From an uncultured delta proteobacterium (GTDB lineage Bacteria; Myxococcota_A; Polyangia; Polyangiales; Polyangiaceae), in NCBI GenBank assembly GCA_963716725.1, contig CAVQUB010000005.1:96001-160000 (forward strand): a stretch of DNA of 64,000 nucleotides, given 5' to 3'. The position numbers and the translations under genes were made by a program. Shown piece by piece: positions 11,631-21,610 of this stretch. The notes beneath the pieces were generated by a model, which saw only the letters and a program-made list of their open reading frames with translations, had not been told where the DNA came from and did no database searches. The stretch's first letter is position 1; each line of letters begins with the position of its first letter.

Positions 11631-12600
11631 TCACAATCGGCCGAGGGCGTCCAGGGTGAACCCCGCCGTCAGGCCCAGCCAAACGCCGCCGAGTCGGTGA
11701 GGCTCTCCAGCGTCGTCGATGACGGGCATTCGTCTGAGCGCGGCACCGACCTCTGGACCCACGCTCAGCCGCAGGTGTCGGCCGAGGCTGGGTTCGAGTC
11801 GCAGGCGCGCGACGGCTCGCGATGACCACGTGTCGAGCAGCCCGGGATCGCCGTCCACCGCGGACACGCCGGTGAAGTGAACCGCGGACGCCGACGCCAA
11901 CATGCCGACGGCGAGCTGGGTCCTCGACGAGATCGAGAACGCGTGTTCGGGAGCGATCGCCAGCTCGAGCCAGCGGACGCTGGGATTGCCGCTCATGGGC
12001 GGCGCCGCGCCGAAGAGCCAGTTCACGCCGATCCCGAGGCGACTTCCCGAGTGGAGCCGGCCCTCCATCGAGAGCCCGGGCCCGGAGAGCCACATGGCGT
12101 CGCCGCCCACAGCGGCCGCGGTGACGCGCGCTTCGAACAGCACCGCGGGCCACATCGAGAGCTCGGACAAGCGTTCGCGATCGCGATCGCGCTGGGCCCG
12201 CTCGGCCTCGAAGGCTCGAGCCTCGACCAGGCGCCGTTGCTTCAGGTCCCGAACCAGAGCGGCGGATGCCAACGCGATGCGCCGTGCGAGCAACTCTTTG
12301 ACGTCCCGAGAGTCGAGACGACGTGCCCCGTAAAAGCCGCCCTTGTCCCAGAGCTCCACGCGCAGCGCGTCCGGTGAGGTGGCGAGCACCCGGAAGTAGA
12401 CGGTGGGGCGCTTCTCGCTCTTGTCACCGCTGCGCAGCGGAACCTCGGCGTCGGACAGCTCGATCTCGACCAGCCGACGCGTGAGGCGCGAATCGAGGTA
12501 GCGCTCCGCCTTGGCGCTGATCTCGACGATCACGCGCGGTCGGACCTGCGCCTCGGCGATCCGGGGCAGCGTGAGCAGCACGAGCCCGACGAGGGCGCTA
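11631..12600 (-). CDS. Hypothetical exported protein in the ECF operon (start uncertain)
   Basis: Signal-like 'ALVGLVLLTLPRIAEA' and beta-strand-rich C-terminus; directly downstream of the TPR gene. Confidence 0.55.
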
Positions 12601-13626
12601 CTTGCTCGGAGCGCCCTTCGACTTGGGCTTCTGCTGGCTCTCGTCGTCGACCTCGTCGAAGGGAGTTTCGTCGTCCCCCGCGCCGGCGTCGACCGCGGCT
12701 GCTCCGGCATCGACACCGGCGAGCTTGCCGACGCGGGTGCGGAGATCGCCGAGGCGGCGACCGCTGGGGAAGTCCTTCGCATACTGTTCGACGAGCTGCT
12801 TGGCTTGTTCGACGTTGCCCTGGGCGATGGCCGCATCGACCTGACGCGCCAGCGCATCTTCCGCGAAGTCCCCCTTCGGAGACAAGGCTCGATACGCCGC
12901 GTAGGCCTTGGCCGCGCCGGCTCGGTCACCGGCCTTTTCGAGCATGTCTCCCAGCGTGTACGCTGCCAGGGCGGCACGCGGGTCGCTCGGGTGCTTCTCG
13001 ACGACCGAGCGCAGGGCCTTGATGGCGGCGCCTCGCTGGCCGTTCGCGCGAGCCACGTCCACCAGGCTCATCAACTGAGCGGCGCCAGTTGCCTTGCCCA
13101 CGACGGCATCGAAGCCCCCGTGGCGCTCCACTGCCTGCCAGGCCGCGGGGTAGTCGTAGCGCTCCGCCAGCGACTGCCACTCGGGCGACGCGGCGACCGG
13201 CGGCAGGCTCGCTGTTGGAGGGGCGGGTTCGTCCGGGCCGGCCGCGGGCTCGCCATGACCGAGCGGCGAGCCGGGTGGCGACGCGGACTTCTTCTCTTTG
13301 TCCAGCTGCGGCTCGTCCGGCGCCGCCGGCTCGTGCGCCAGGGGGGCCTGACCCGGGCGGGCATTGTCGTCCCCCGCGAGTGCCGGTTCGGCCGCCACCG
13401 AGGTGTCCACCGGCGCGGGACGGAACCAACGCGCGCCGACGAACACGCCGGAGCCGAAGACGATGACCGCAGCGGTGGGCGCCCAGAGCCAGGCGTGCCA
13501 CCGGGGGCGCGACGTCAGCTGAAGGTCACCTTCGATGCGCTGCCAGACGCGGTCGATGCGCTCTTCGCTGCCATGGTCACGAAGAGCGGTGGGCGGGACT
13601 TCGGGCAGGTTCTTGTTGGTGCTCAT
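12598..13626 (-). CDS. Membrane-anchored TPR protein, probable anti-sigma factor
   Basis: One TM helix and C-terminal TPR-like helices; 4-bp overlap with the ECF sigma stop. Confidence 0.65.
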   Translation of the reverse strand: MSTNKNLPEVPPTALRDHGSEERIDRVWQRIEGDLQLTSRPRWHAWLWAPTAAVIVFGSGVFVGARWFRPAPVDTSVAAEPALAGDDNARPGQAPLAHEPAAPDEPQLDKEKKSASPPGSPLGHGEPAAGPDEPAPPTASLPPVAASPEWQSLAERYDYPAAWQAVERHGGFDAVVGKATGAAQLMSLVDVARANGQRGAAIKALRSVVEKHPSDPRAALAAYTLGDMLEKAGDRAGAAKAYAAYRALSPKGDFAEDALARQVDAAIAQGNVEQAKQLVEQYAKDFPSGRRLGDLRTRVGKLAGVDAGAAAVDAGAGDDETPFDEVDDESQQKPKSKGAPSK

Positions 13627-14273
13627 GGCTGTTCCTCCGCGAAGGGAGGTACGAAGTGTGACGTCAGGTAGTTCTGCGCGCGGGTGAGGCGCCGCTTGAC
13701 GGTGGCCAGCGAGCAGCCCGCGAGATCGGCGACGACCTCGAGTCGATGACGCTCGATGTGGCGGAGCGTCCAGGCGATGCGATCATCCGCCGGGAGTGTG
13801 TGCAACAGCGCGTAGACCTGGGCAAGCTGGGCTCGGATCTCTGGGCTGGCGTCCGGGGCGGCAATGGAGTCGAGATCCACAGGCTCGACGCTGGCGACGC
13901 CAAGGGCGGACAAAAGGCGCCGGCGACGCATGCGGCTACGCACCAAGCGCACCACGATCGAACCGAGCCACGAGCGGAAGAGCGAGGGCTCACGCAGCTC
14001 TGCGAGGCGCTGGTACGCGCGGATGAAGGCATCGTGCACGATGTCTTCCACGTCGCCGGAGTTGCCTTGGATTCGAGCCGCGACGTTCAGCGCGAAACCC
14101 GCGTGTCGTCGGTAGAGCGACTCGAAGGCGCTGGCGTGACCGTCCCGCGCGAGCGACACCAGGGAGGCGTCGTCCAGGGCCGAGGCGGAGTTTGGCTGAG
14201 GGCGCGCCCCGTCGGCCGAAGCGGTTGTCCCCCCGACCAAGCGAAGCCGCGCGTTATTTCGGGAGCTCGTCAT
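13623..14273 (-). CDS. ECF RNA polymerase sigma-70 factor
   Basis: Region 2 'DVEDIVHDAFIRAY...FRSWL'; region 4 'VADLAGCSLATVKRRLTRA'. Confidence 0.9.
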   Translation of the reverse strand: MTSSRNNARLRLVGGTTASADGARPQPNSASALDDASLVSLARDGHASAFESLYRRHAGFALNVAARIQGNSGDVEDIVHDAFIRAYQRLAELREPSLFRSWLGSIVVRLVRSRMRRRRLLSALGVASVEPVDLDSIAAPDASPEIRAQLAQVYALLHTLPADDRIAWTLRHIERHRLEVVADLAGCSLATVKRRLTRAQNYLTSHFVPPFAEEQP

Positions 14274-14469
14274 TCGAGGTGGATCGCCGTCTCGATCATG
14301 ACGCCGTTCGAGACCGTTTCGGCTCAAGATTTCCCGCCGAGCGCGGCCCTGACGCGGTGCGTGTGTTCAGTGAGGCGCATTTCCCTTGAACCCACCGCCG
14401 ATTGTGGGGAGTCTGCCGGCGGTTCGCTTCGGGGAGAAACTCGACGGACCCACCAGGAGGACTCTGCAA

Positions 14470-14679
14470 ATGAACATCGGCAAGGTAATGGCTTTCGGCA
14501 TGATCGCGGCTCTGGCTTCCTTTGGCGTCGCGTGCGGCGGCGGCGAGGTTCCGGAGGCGAAGGCCCCGGAGACCCCCGAGGTGAAGGCCCCGGAGACCCC
14601 CGAGACGCCCGAGACGCCCGAAGCTCCGGCCGGCGGCGAAGAGAAGCCCGCCGAGGGTGCAGCCGAAGAAGGCAAGTGA
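14470..14679 (+). CDS. Small acidic lipoprotein with PETPE repeats
   Basis: AGGAGG upstream, lipobox FGVAC, tandem (KA)PETPE. Confidence 0.75.
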   Translation: MNIGKVMAFGMIAALASFGVACGGGEVPEAKAPETPEVKAPETPETPETPEAPAGGEEKPAEGAAEEGK

Positions 14680-14729
14680 GCCGATCGGGCTGAGCCGGGC
14701 TGTGCTCGGTTCTCCCCAGGTTCCGCGGG

Positions 14730-14760
14730 AAGGACGGCGAGCGCCGTCCTTTCTGCGTTT
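14730..14760 (+). terminator. Putative intrinsic (possibly bidirectional) terminator
   Basis: 9-bp stem AAGGACGGC-GAGC-GCCGTCCTT followed by a T-rich tail, between convergent genes. Confidence 0.5.
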
Positions 14761-14781
14761 GGCCCCACCGAGTGCGGCCGC

Positions 14782-16215
14782 TCAGCCCGCCGACGGCGAG
14801 AGATCGACGACCAGCCGCGTGCGACCGACGACGATCTCGTCGCCCTGCTCGAGTTCTTGCTGACCTCTGATGCGCACGAACACGCCGGTGCGGGAGCTCA
14901 GGTCGGTGAGGTACACGCTCCCGGCCTGCTCTTCGATCAGGCAGTGCTGCGAGCCAACCAGTGGATCGTCCGGGAACACCAGATCGCCGATGGCGGAGCC
15001 AATCTGAAGCGTGTTGCCGCGTGATACGACGCAGGCGCCGACGACCCCGCCCACGAAGACCTGAACGACGCGGAACGACGAGGGCCACTTCGGGGACGAG
15101 TAGAAATAAGTCGGTGCGGGATCCGGGCCATCGTCGGGCGTCGGGTTCTTCTCCATCCTGAGGAGCTGATCGCCGATCACGAACTCGTCACCGAACTCGA
15201 GCTCGATGGGCGTACGGATGCGAAGGAAGACCCCGTTGCCACGACCGAGGTCCTGCAGCCAGAGGCGCCCGTCCTTGTGGATGAGCATGGCCTCGCGGGA
15301 ATGACAGAACACTTCGCCCGAGAGTGCGACCTCGCCCTCGCGACCGATCAGCGCCTCGGTGCCAAAGGGCTCGAAGCGCTCCGGCCCGCCCCACAGACTT
15401 CGCAGCACGTGGAGGCGGAAGTACTGCCGAGAAGCCGGCGGCGGCTCCGGACGCGGAACGGATGGTCTGGGCGACGGCTGGGTCGGCGGCGGCGGCTCGA
15501 ACACCGGCGGCGGAGGCATCGGTGCCTCGGCGACCGCGGCTTGCCCGGCCTCGGCGCGCGCTTCCTTCTTGCTGGCGAGCTTCTTGACGTTCTCGACGTT
15601 CGGCGGCTCCGTCAGCAGCGAGACGCCACCAATCTCCTGACCCGCGAGGATCTTCGCGAAGCGACCCTCACGCAGCATCAGCACCATCTCCAGGTGCTGG
15701 CCTTTCATCAGCTGCTTGACGTAGTCGGCGATGTCCGACCGCGACACCTGCTCGTGGTAGTCGCGCTTGTGACTCTTGATGACGCGGCCACCGTCGGCGA
15801 AGAGGTGCGTGATGATATGCGGCGCGTCGAGGCCTGAGTCCTCCGTTTGTACGTGAAAGACCTGCTCCTGGAACTTGATGTTGTTGTTGAACCCCATCTG
15901 CGCGCGGCGAAAGCTCGGCCGCCGCGCTTCGGTATCCAGCCGCGCGACCTCGGCCGCGCTGTAGTGCGCGATGACGGCGTCCAGATCCGCGTGGTCTCCC
16001 GGCACGCCCTCCATGCGCTCGAAGGCCTGCTGCGCGACGCGCGCGCTGGGATCGACGCGCAGCGCCTCGGCGAGCAGTTGCTGCCCTTCGCTGTCGTTGG
16101 GGCCCGCCGCGGCCCACGCGGCGAGCAGCGACACAGCTTCGTCCGGTCGCCCTTTGTCGACGAGCCACTTGGCCACCCGGCAAGCGGCAGCGCGGGTCTC
16201 GGCGACGTCGGTCAT
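14782..16215 (-). CDS. Protein with two C-terminal FHA domains
   Basis: 'LIGRE..LQDLGRGNGVFLRI' and 'LTDLSSRTGVFVRI' FHA-like motifs; N-terminal TPR-like part and 'FHVQTEDSG' domain. Confidence 0.8.
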   Translation of the reverse strand: MTDVAETRAAACRVAKWLVDKGRPDEAVSLLAAWAAAGPNDSEGQQLLAEALRVDPSARVAQQAFERMEGVPGDHADLDAVIAHYSAAEVARLDTEARRPSFRRAQMGFNNNIKFQEQVFHVQTEDSGLDAPHIITHLFADGGRVIKSHKRDYHEQVSRSDIADYVKQLMKGQHLEMVLMLREGRFAKILAGQEIGGVSLLTEPPNVENVKKLASKKEARAEAGQAAVAEAPMPPPPVFEPPPPTQPSPRPSVPRPEPPPASRQYFRLHVLRSLWGGPERFEPFGTEALIGREGEVALSGEVFCHSREAMLIHKDGRLWLQDLGRGNGVFLRIRTPIELEFGDEFVIGDQLLRMEKNPTPDDGPDPAPTYFYSSPKWPSSFRVVQVFVGGVVGACVVSRGNTLQIGSAIGDLVFPDDPLVGSQHCLIEEQAGSVYLTDLSSRTGVFVRIRGQQELEQGDEIVVGRTRLVVDLSPSAG

Positions 16216-16237
16216 CGACGCAATAATCGGTATGTTA

Positions 16238-17712
16238 CTAGGGGGAAAGCAAGGGGATTCCCGCTGCCGTCCAACGGATCTCGGTCCCATCGACGCGGAT
16301 CGAGCGGTCGCCAGGCCTGGGCTCGGGAACCAGCAGGAACCCCCCTGGCAGGTGGCTGTACGCGAAAAACTCCGCGCGCACTTGCCGCCGCAGCCGGGAG
16401 TCATCGCCCCGCACCTCCAGCGTCCGCGGCTGGCCGCGCGGGCGTTTTTCGAACTCGACTCGTGACCCCGGAGTCGCCCCACCCCGCCCGTCCAGGGACA
16501 CCATCCACATCGGCTCACCGCCGGCGCCCGGCGCCTCGTCCGCCGTGGTCCCGTTCACGTGGCCAATCCGGTCGAACAGCGCCCGCCAGGTGTAGTCGCT
16601 GACCCAAGCGGGCTCGCAGTAGCCCATGAAGTCCCAGGCCTGGTCGGGTCCGAAGAGCGTGCCTGTCTTCAGGTCGTAGCCCCACGCGCCAATCGCGCCG
16701 CCCGCGTGAGGGAATTCTGGATCGACGTTTTGGATGAAGCCCAAAGGAGCGCAGGGCGCATGCAGCCGTCCGTGGGCGTGTCCGATCTCGTGCGTCAGCG
16801 TCTCCGAGAATTGCTTGCCGGCGAAGCCCAGACCGACGGCGCCACGCGCGAACTCGCTATCGGGGTCGGCTTGAGGCGTCGAGAGACCGAGCACGCAGAC
16901 GGGGTTGTCTGCGCAGTAGAGCTCGAAGCTAGGGCTCGGCGCGACCAGCCCGTAGTAGTACTCGCTCGCTTCCGCCAACCCGTCGGTACGGTCTTGGTTG
17001 CGGCGCATCAACAGGAGTTGCAGGACCTCGCCCCAGCCCTCGCCGCTCGGCGACACCACGCCGTTGAACGCGACCGGATCGTGGACTCGATCTCGACCTT
17101 GGGAGTGGGGTAGCGGGACCGTAGCGCTTCGCGATGGGAGGCCACCTGCTCGCTGCCGAGCTGAGGAAGTCTGCCCGAGGCGTCGGCGTGATAGAGCAGA
17201 GGCACGAGCACGATCCGGAGCGCGGCGCCGCTGCTCTTGGCTCCGAACGAGGCTCGCCCGTGGGCCGGACGGACCGCGTTCGGGGACGCGGGACCCAGGC
17301 GTATCCCCGAGGCTTCGTGCAGGGAAATGCCGAAGCGCGAGTCGGCATCGAGCATCGCGCCCGGTAGCTCGAAGTTGAACGTGGTCGAGAGATCGCCGTC
17401 CACCGACCCGCCCCCAACCCACCGCCGCGCGTGAATTGGCGGTGATTCGCCCTGGCCCGTCTCGAGCCCGAGCTCCGCCACGACCTCGCGGGGCGACCAG
17501 TCGGATTCGGGCACGACCGAGACACGCACGAGCCCCGGTCGCCCGCTGACCACCGGCACGTCCGTGTCGACCGTGAGCGGCACTTCGACGGCTTGGTTGA
17601 TCGAGATCTTGGAGACGGAGAGCCCGCTGACCAAGGGCAGGCCTCCGGCGTCGGCGTCGATGCTGGGCGCGCAACCCAGCGCGAGCAGAGCTGGAACGAG
17701 GTGACGGCTCAC
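16238..17712 (-). CDS. Zinc metallopeptidase lipoprotein (M66-like); frameshift near 17086
   Basis: Lipobox ALGC; 'HEIGHAHGRLH' (HExxHxxGxxH) and 'DFMGY' Met-turn; two ORFs join with one added base. Confidence 0.75.
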
Positions 17713-17741
17713 GGCGAGCCGATCAGCCTATCACTCGATGA

Positions 17742-19440
17742 TCAGTTGGGCTTCGGTGGCGGCGGATCATCGTAGCAATCCCACGGGCAGGTCTGCCATT
17801 CGCTGCCCTCGCAGATCCCGTTTCCGCATACGCCGCTCTGGCCGCAGTCCCAGGCGCAGGTCTTTGAGTTCTCACCTGGTCCGCACCAGCCGTCGCCGCA
17901 GTAGCCGGCGTATCCACAGTCCATGGGGCAGCTGTACTGGTTCTCGCCGGGCTCACACACGTAGTTGCCGCAATAGCCGGCGTATCCACAGTCCATGGGG
18001 CAGCTGTACTGGTTCTCGCCGGGCTCACACACGTAGTTGCCGCAGTAGCCGGCGGAGCCGCAGTCGTAGGGGCAGCTGTACTGGTTCTCGCCCGGTCCAC
18101 ACCAGCCATCGCCGCAGTAGGTCTGGCTGCCGCAGTCCATGGGGCAGCTGTACTGGTTCTCGCCCGGTCCACACCAGCCATCGCCGCAGTAGGTCTGGCT
18201 GCCGCAGTCCATGGGGCAGCTGTACTGGTTCTCGCCCGGTCCACACCAGCCATCGCCGCAGTAGCCGGCGGAGCCGCAGTCGTAGGGGCAGTTCTTCTGG
18301 TTCTCGCCCGGTCCACACCAGCCATCGCCGCAGTAGCCGGCGGAGCCGCAGTCGTAGGGGCAGTTCTTCTGGTTCTCGCCCGGCCCGCACCAGCCGTCGC
18401 CGCAGTAGGTGGAGGAGCCGCAGTCGATCGGGCAGTTCTTCTGGTTCTCGCCCGGTCCGCACCAGCCGTCGCCGCAGTAGGTGGAGGAGCCGCAGTCGTA
18501 GGGGCAGTTCTTCTGGTTCTCGCCCGGTCCGCACCAGCCGTCGCCGCAGTAGGTGGAGGAGCCGCAGTCGATCGGGCAGTTCTGCTGGTTCTCGCCCGGC
18601 TCACAGACGTAGTTGCCGCAGTAGGTGGAGGAGCCGCAGTCGATCGGGCAGTTCTGCTGGTTCTCGCCCGGCTCACAGACGTAGTTGCCGCAGTAGGTGG
18701 AGGAGCCGCAGTCGATCGGGCAGTTCTTCTGGTCCTCGGGCGGGACGCACTTGCCGTCGCCGCAGTAGGTGGAGGAGCCGCAGTCGTAGGGGCAGCTGTA
18801 CTGGTTCTCGGGCGGGACGCACTTGCCGTCGCCGCAATAGGTGGAGGAGCCGCAGTCCGACGGGCAGTTGTACTGGTCCTCGCCGGGTTCACACACGTAG
18901 TTGCCGCAGTAGGTGGGGCTGCCGCAGTCCGCGGGGCAGGTGTTGTGATCCTCCCAGGGGTCGCAGATCCCGTTTCCGCAGTAGTCGCCGCCGCAGTCTT
19001 GCGGGCAATCGTACGAGCTCTCCGGATACTCGCAGACGCCATCGCCGCAGTAGCCGTCGCCGCAATCCTGCGGGCAACTCTCGACGCTCTCGCCCGCGTC
19101 GCAAGTGCCGTCGCCGCAGAACGTTGGGCAGTCTTTGGGGCAGACGCCGATCTCGTCCGGATCGCACTCCCCATCGCCACACGACGACGGACAGTCCTGC
19201 GGGCAGCTCGACGGACTCTCGTTCGCTCCGCAGACGCCGTCGCCGCAGCTGCCTCCGCAATCCGCGGGGCAAGAGCTTGGCGTCTCTCCCGGATCGCAGA
19301 AGCCGTTGCCGCACACCTGGCCCGTGCCGCCCGTGCCTCCGCCGGAGGGGTCGACGTCGGATTCGACTGCAGCCCGCCAGGCTCCAGATCACCGTCGCGA
19401 CCAGCGTTGTGCGCAGCACCCAGGCGTTGAGCTTTGCCAT
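17742..19440 (-). CDS. Cys-rich repeat surface lipoprotein (22 CGxxxC...C...DC repeats); frameshift near 19368
   Basis: Signal 'MAKLNAWVLRTTLVATVIWSLAGC' is out of frame with the repeat ORF 17742-19316. Confidence 0.75.
17830..18980. repeat. 72-bp tandem coding repeat (24 aa)
   Basis: Near-identical units such as YCGDGWCGPGENQKNCPYDCGSST. Confidence 0.95.
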
Positions 19441-19596
19441 GCTGTTGGTGTTGCGTAGCAAGAGCCACGCCAGAGCAAGAACCAAGGGTCCACCTCCCGT
19501 CCGCGGCAATTATCCGCTGACCCGGGTGGCGTGTGCCAAGTAGCTCGCGCTTTCGGCTGGCACAAACCGGCGGCCGGTGCCGTCTGTGGTCGGCTA

Positions 19597-20708
19597 TGCT
19601 CGACCGTGTGGAAAGCAACGTCGCAGCTGCGCTGGTGATCAGCATCGCGGTCTTCACGGTCGGATGCGGCGGGGACGCCGGTGCCGGCAAGGGCGGAACG
19701 GGAGGCGTCGCGACCGGAGGCAACGCCGGTTCTGGTGGCGGCGGTTCTGGTGGCGGCGGTTCGGGCGGCGGCGGCTCGGGCGGGACCGCGAGCGGCGGCG
19801 GCGGCTCGCCGACGGGCGGTGCTGGGGGCGCGGGCAGTCAGAGCCCGGTGCTGGGCGGGTGCGAGATGTTCCCGCCGGGCGACGAATGGAACCTGGACGT
19901 CTCCGGCGCCACCGTCGACGCGGGCTGGACTCAGAAGCTGATGACCTTCGTGGGCTCGGGGTTGAAGCTTCACCCTGACTTCGGTGGATCTCAGTACGGC
20001 ATCCCGATCAATACCGTGCCTGCGAGCCAGCCTCCGCTCGACGTGGTGTTCGACGACTACCCGAGCGAGAGCGACCCAGGCCCTTACCCATTTCCGAGCC
20101 CCACCAGCGCGCAGATCGAAGGCGGCACGCCGTCGTCGTGCAGCGGCGATTGCCACTTGCTCACGCTGCAACAGGGCAGCTGCAAGCTCTACGAGGGATT
20201 CGTCTGCCAGTTCACCAACAAGTGGCATTGCGCCAACGGTGCGGTCTGGGACCTCACCAAGCTCTCCTACGGGCAGCGGCCGAAGACCTGGACCAGCGCG
20301 GACGCCGCAGGGCTCTCGATCACGGCGGGCCTGCTCCGCTACGACGAGGTGATGGCGCACTCGGTGCGGCACGCGGTTCGGTTCACGACAAAGTGCACCA
20401 TCGGAAAGTTCGTGAAGCCGGCGACCCACAAGGCCGTGCCGGGCAGCTGCAACCCCAACGATGCGAACGCGCCACCCATGGGTCTGCGCGTTCGCATGAA
20501 GGCGGGCTTCGACGACTCCGCGCTGTCCGCCGAGGGCAAGGCGGTGACCGCTGCGTTCAAGAAGTACGGCATGATCATCGCGGACAACGGCTCGAACTTC
20601 TACTTCCAGGGCGAGCGCAACGCCGGGTGGCCCGACTCCTTCGTCAGCGAGCTGAAGTCGCTGCCCGCGAGCGCCTTCGAGGTCGTGGCCGTACCGCCGC
20701 TGGAGTAG
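19597..20708 (+). CDS. Secreted lipoprotein of unknown function (start approximate)
   Basis: Lipobox TVGC, Gly linker, globular domain 'WTSADAAGL..LLRYDEV', 'KKYGMIIADNGS'. Confidence 0.7.
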
Positions 20709-20899
20709 TGGGTCGCGCTGACGATCATCACCCACAGCAGCAGGAGCACCGCGGCCGTGGCCGGGCCGAAGAACGCCGCCGAGATCTGCGGTCCGCGATT
20801 GACCAGGAAGCCCACGAGAAGGCTGAAGCCGACGGCGGTCAGGGCGCGATAGTCGAAGAACAGAACTCTGCGCCCTCGACGCCGGCATTGCCGCGCATC

Positions 20900-21556
20900 T
20901 CAGTTCGGTTCGCGCAACGCTGAGTCCGCGGTAAGCAACGAACCGGAGCCGTCTGGACTGTCATCGGGCAAGTAGCGCAGGCACCAGGCCCAGAGCGCGC
21001 CCAACACATCCGCCTCTTGGGCGGTCTGCCCGGCGGGCAGCGCGCGGAACAGCTCGAGCCCCACGGGGAACCAACCCTTCACCACCGCGAGGAACAGCGC
21101 CTGTCGCCCGCCTGGGCTTTCGCTCGAAGCTCGCGCCAGCTCGGGCAGTGCCTGCGCCAGCGCCTCGTCCACGCGGAGCGATGCTCGCTTGATCTCGTCG
21201 GGGCCGAGTCGTCGCTGCTCGTCGAGGCGGTAGATCCACTTGTCGAGCTTCACGTCGGGCGTCGCCCGTCGCTCCTCGAACCATGCTGAGCTGAGCTTCT
21301 TGATGTAGCCCCGACCCGCGCCCACTTCGTCGAGGGTGCCGGACAGCGCGCGCCCCAGCTCCGTCCAGACCACCAGGGCGTTCACGGGATCGTCCGTCTT
21401 GGGGTCCGCCGCGAGACACTCCAAGATCGTGCGGCGCACGGCCTCGAGCGTCGCATCGTGCTCCGGATCACCCGCTGCCCGCGCCTCGTCGGCCTGCTCC
21501 TCCGTGGTCTCGAGCAGCTTGGCGATCGCGATCAGCTCGTCGTCATCGGTGTGCAT
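20900..21556 (-). CDS. Hypothetical protein
   Basis: 218-aa ORF with coding-like composition; no recognised motif. Confidence 0.55.
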   Translation of the reverse strand: MHTDDDELIAIAKLLETTEEQADEARAAGDPEHDATLEAVRRTILECLAADPKTDDPVNALVVWTELGRALSGTLDEVGAGRGYIKKLSSAWFEERRATPDVKLDKWIYRLDEQRRLGPDEIKRASLRVDEALAQALPELARASSESPGGRQALFLAVVKGWFPVGLELFRALPAGQTAQEADVLGALWAWCLRYLPDDSPDGSGSLLTADSALREPN

Positions 21557-21610
21557 CGCGCTCGTGCCTACCCTGGCGGGCGGCGCGGCGCCACCCGATC
21601 GGAAGCTGTT

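Noticed and set aside
17830..18980. Regular repeats resembling a CRISPR array
   Set aside because: They are in-frame 72-bp coding repeats without unique spacers, and there are no cas genes.
20700..20890. Short hydrophobic minus-strand segment (possible transporter fragment)
   Set aside because: There is no clear start or stop of its own and the family cannot be supported from sequence alone.
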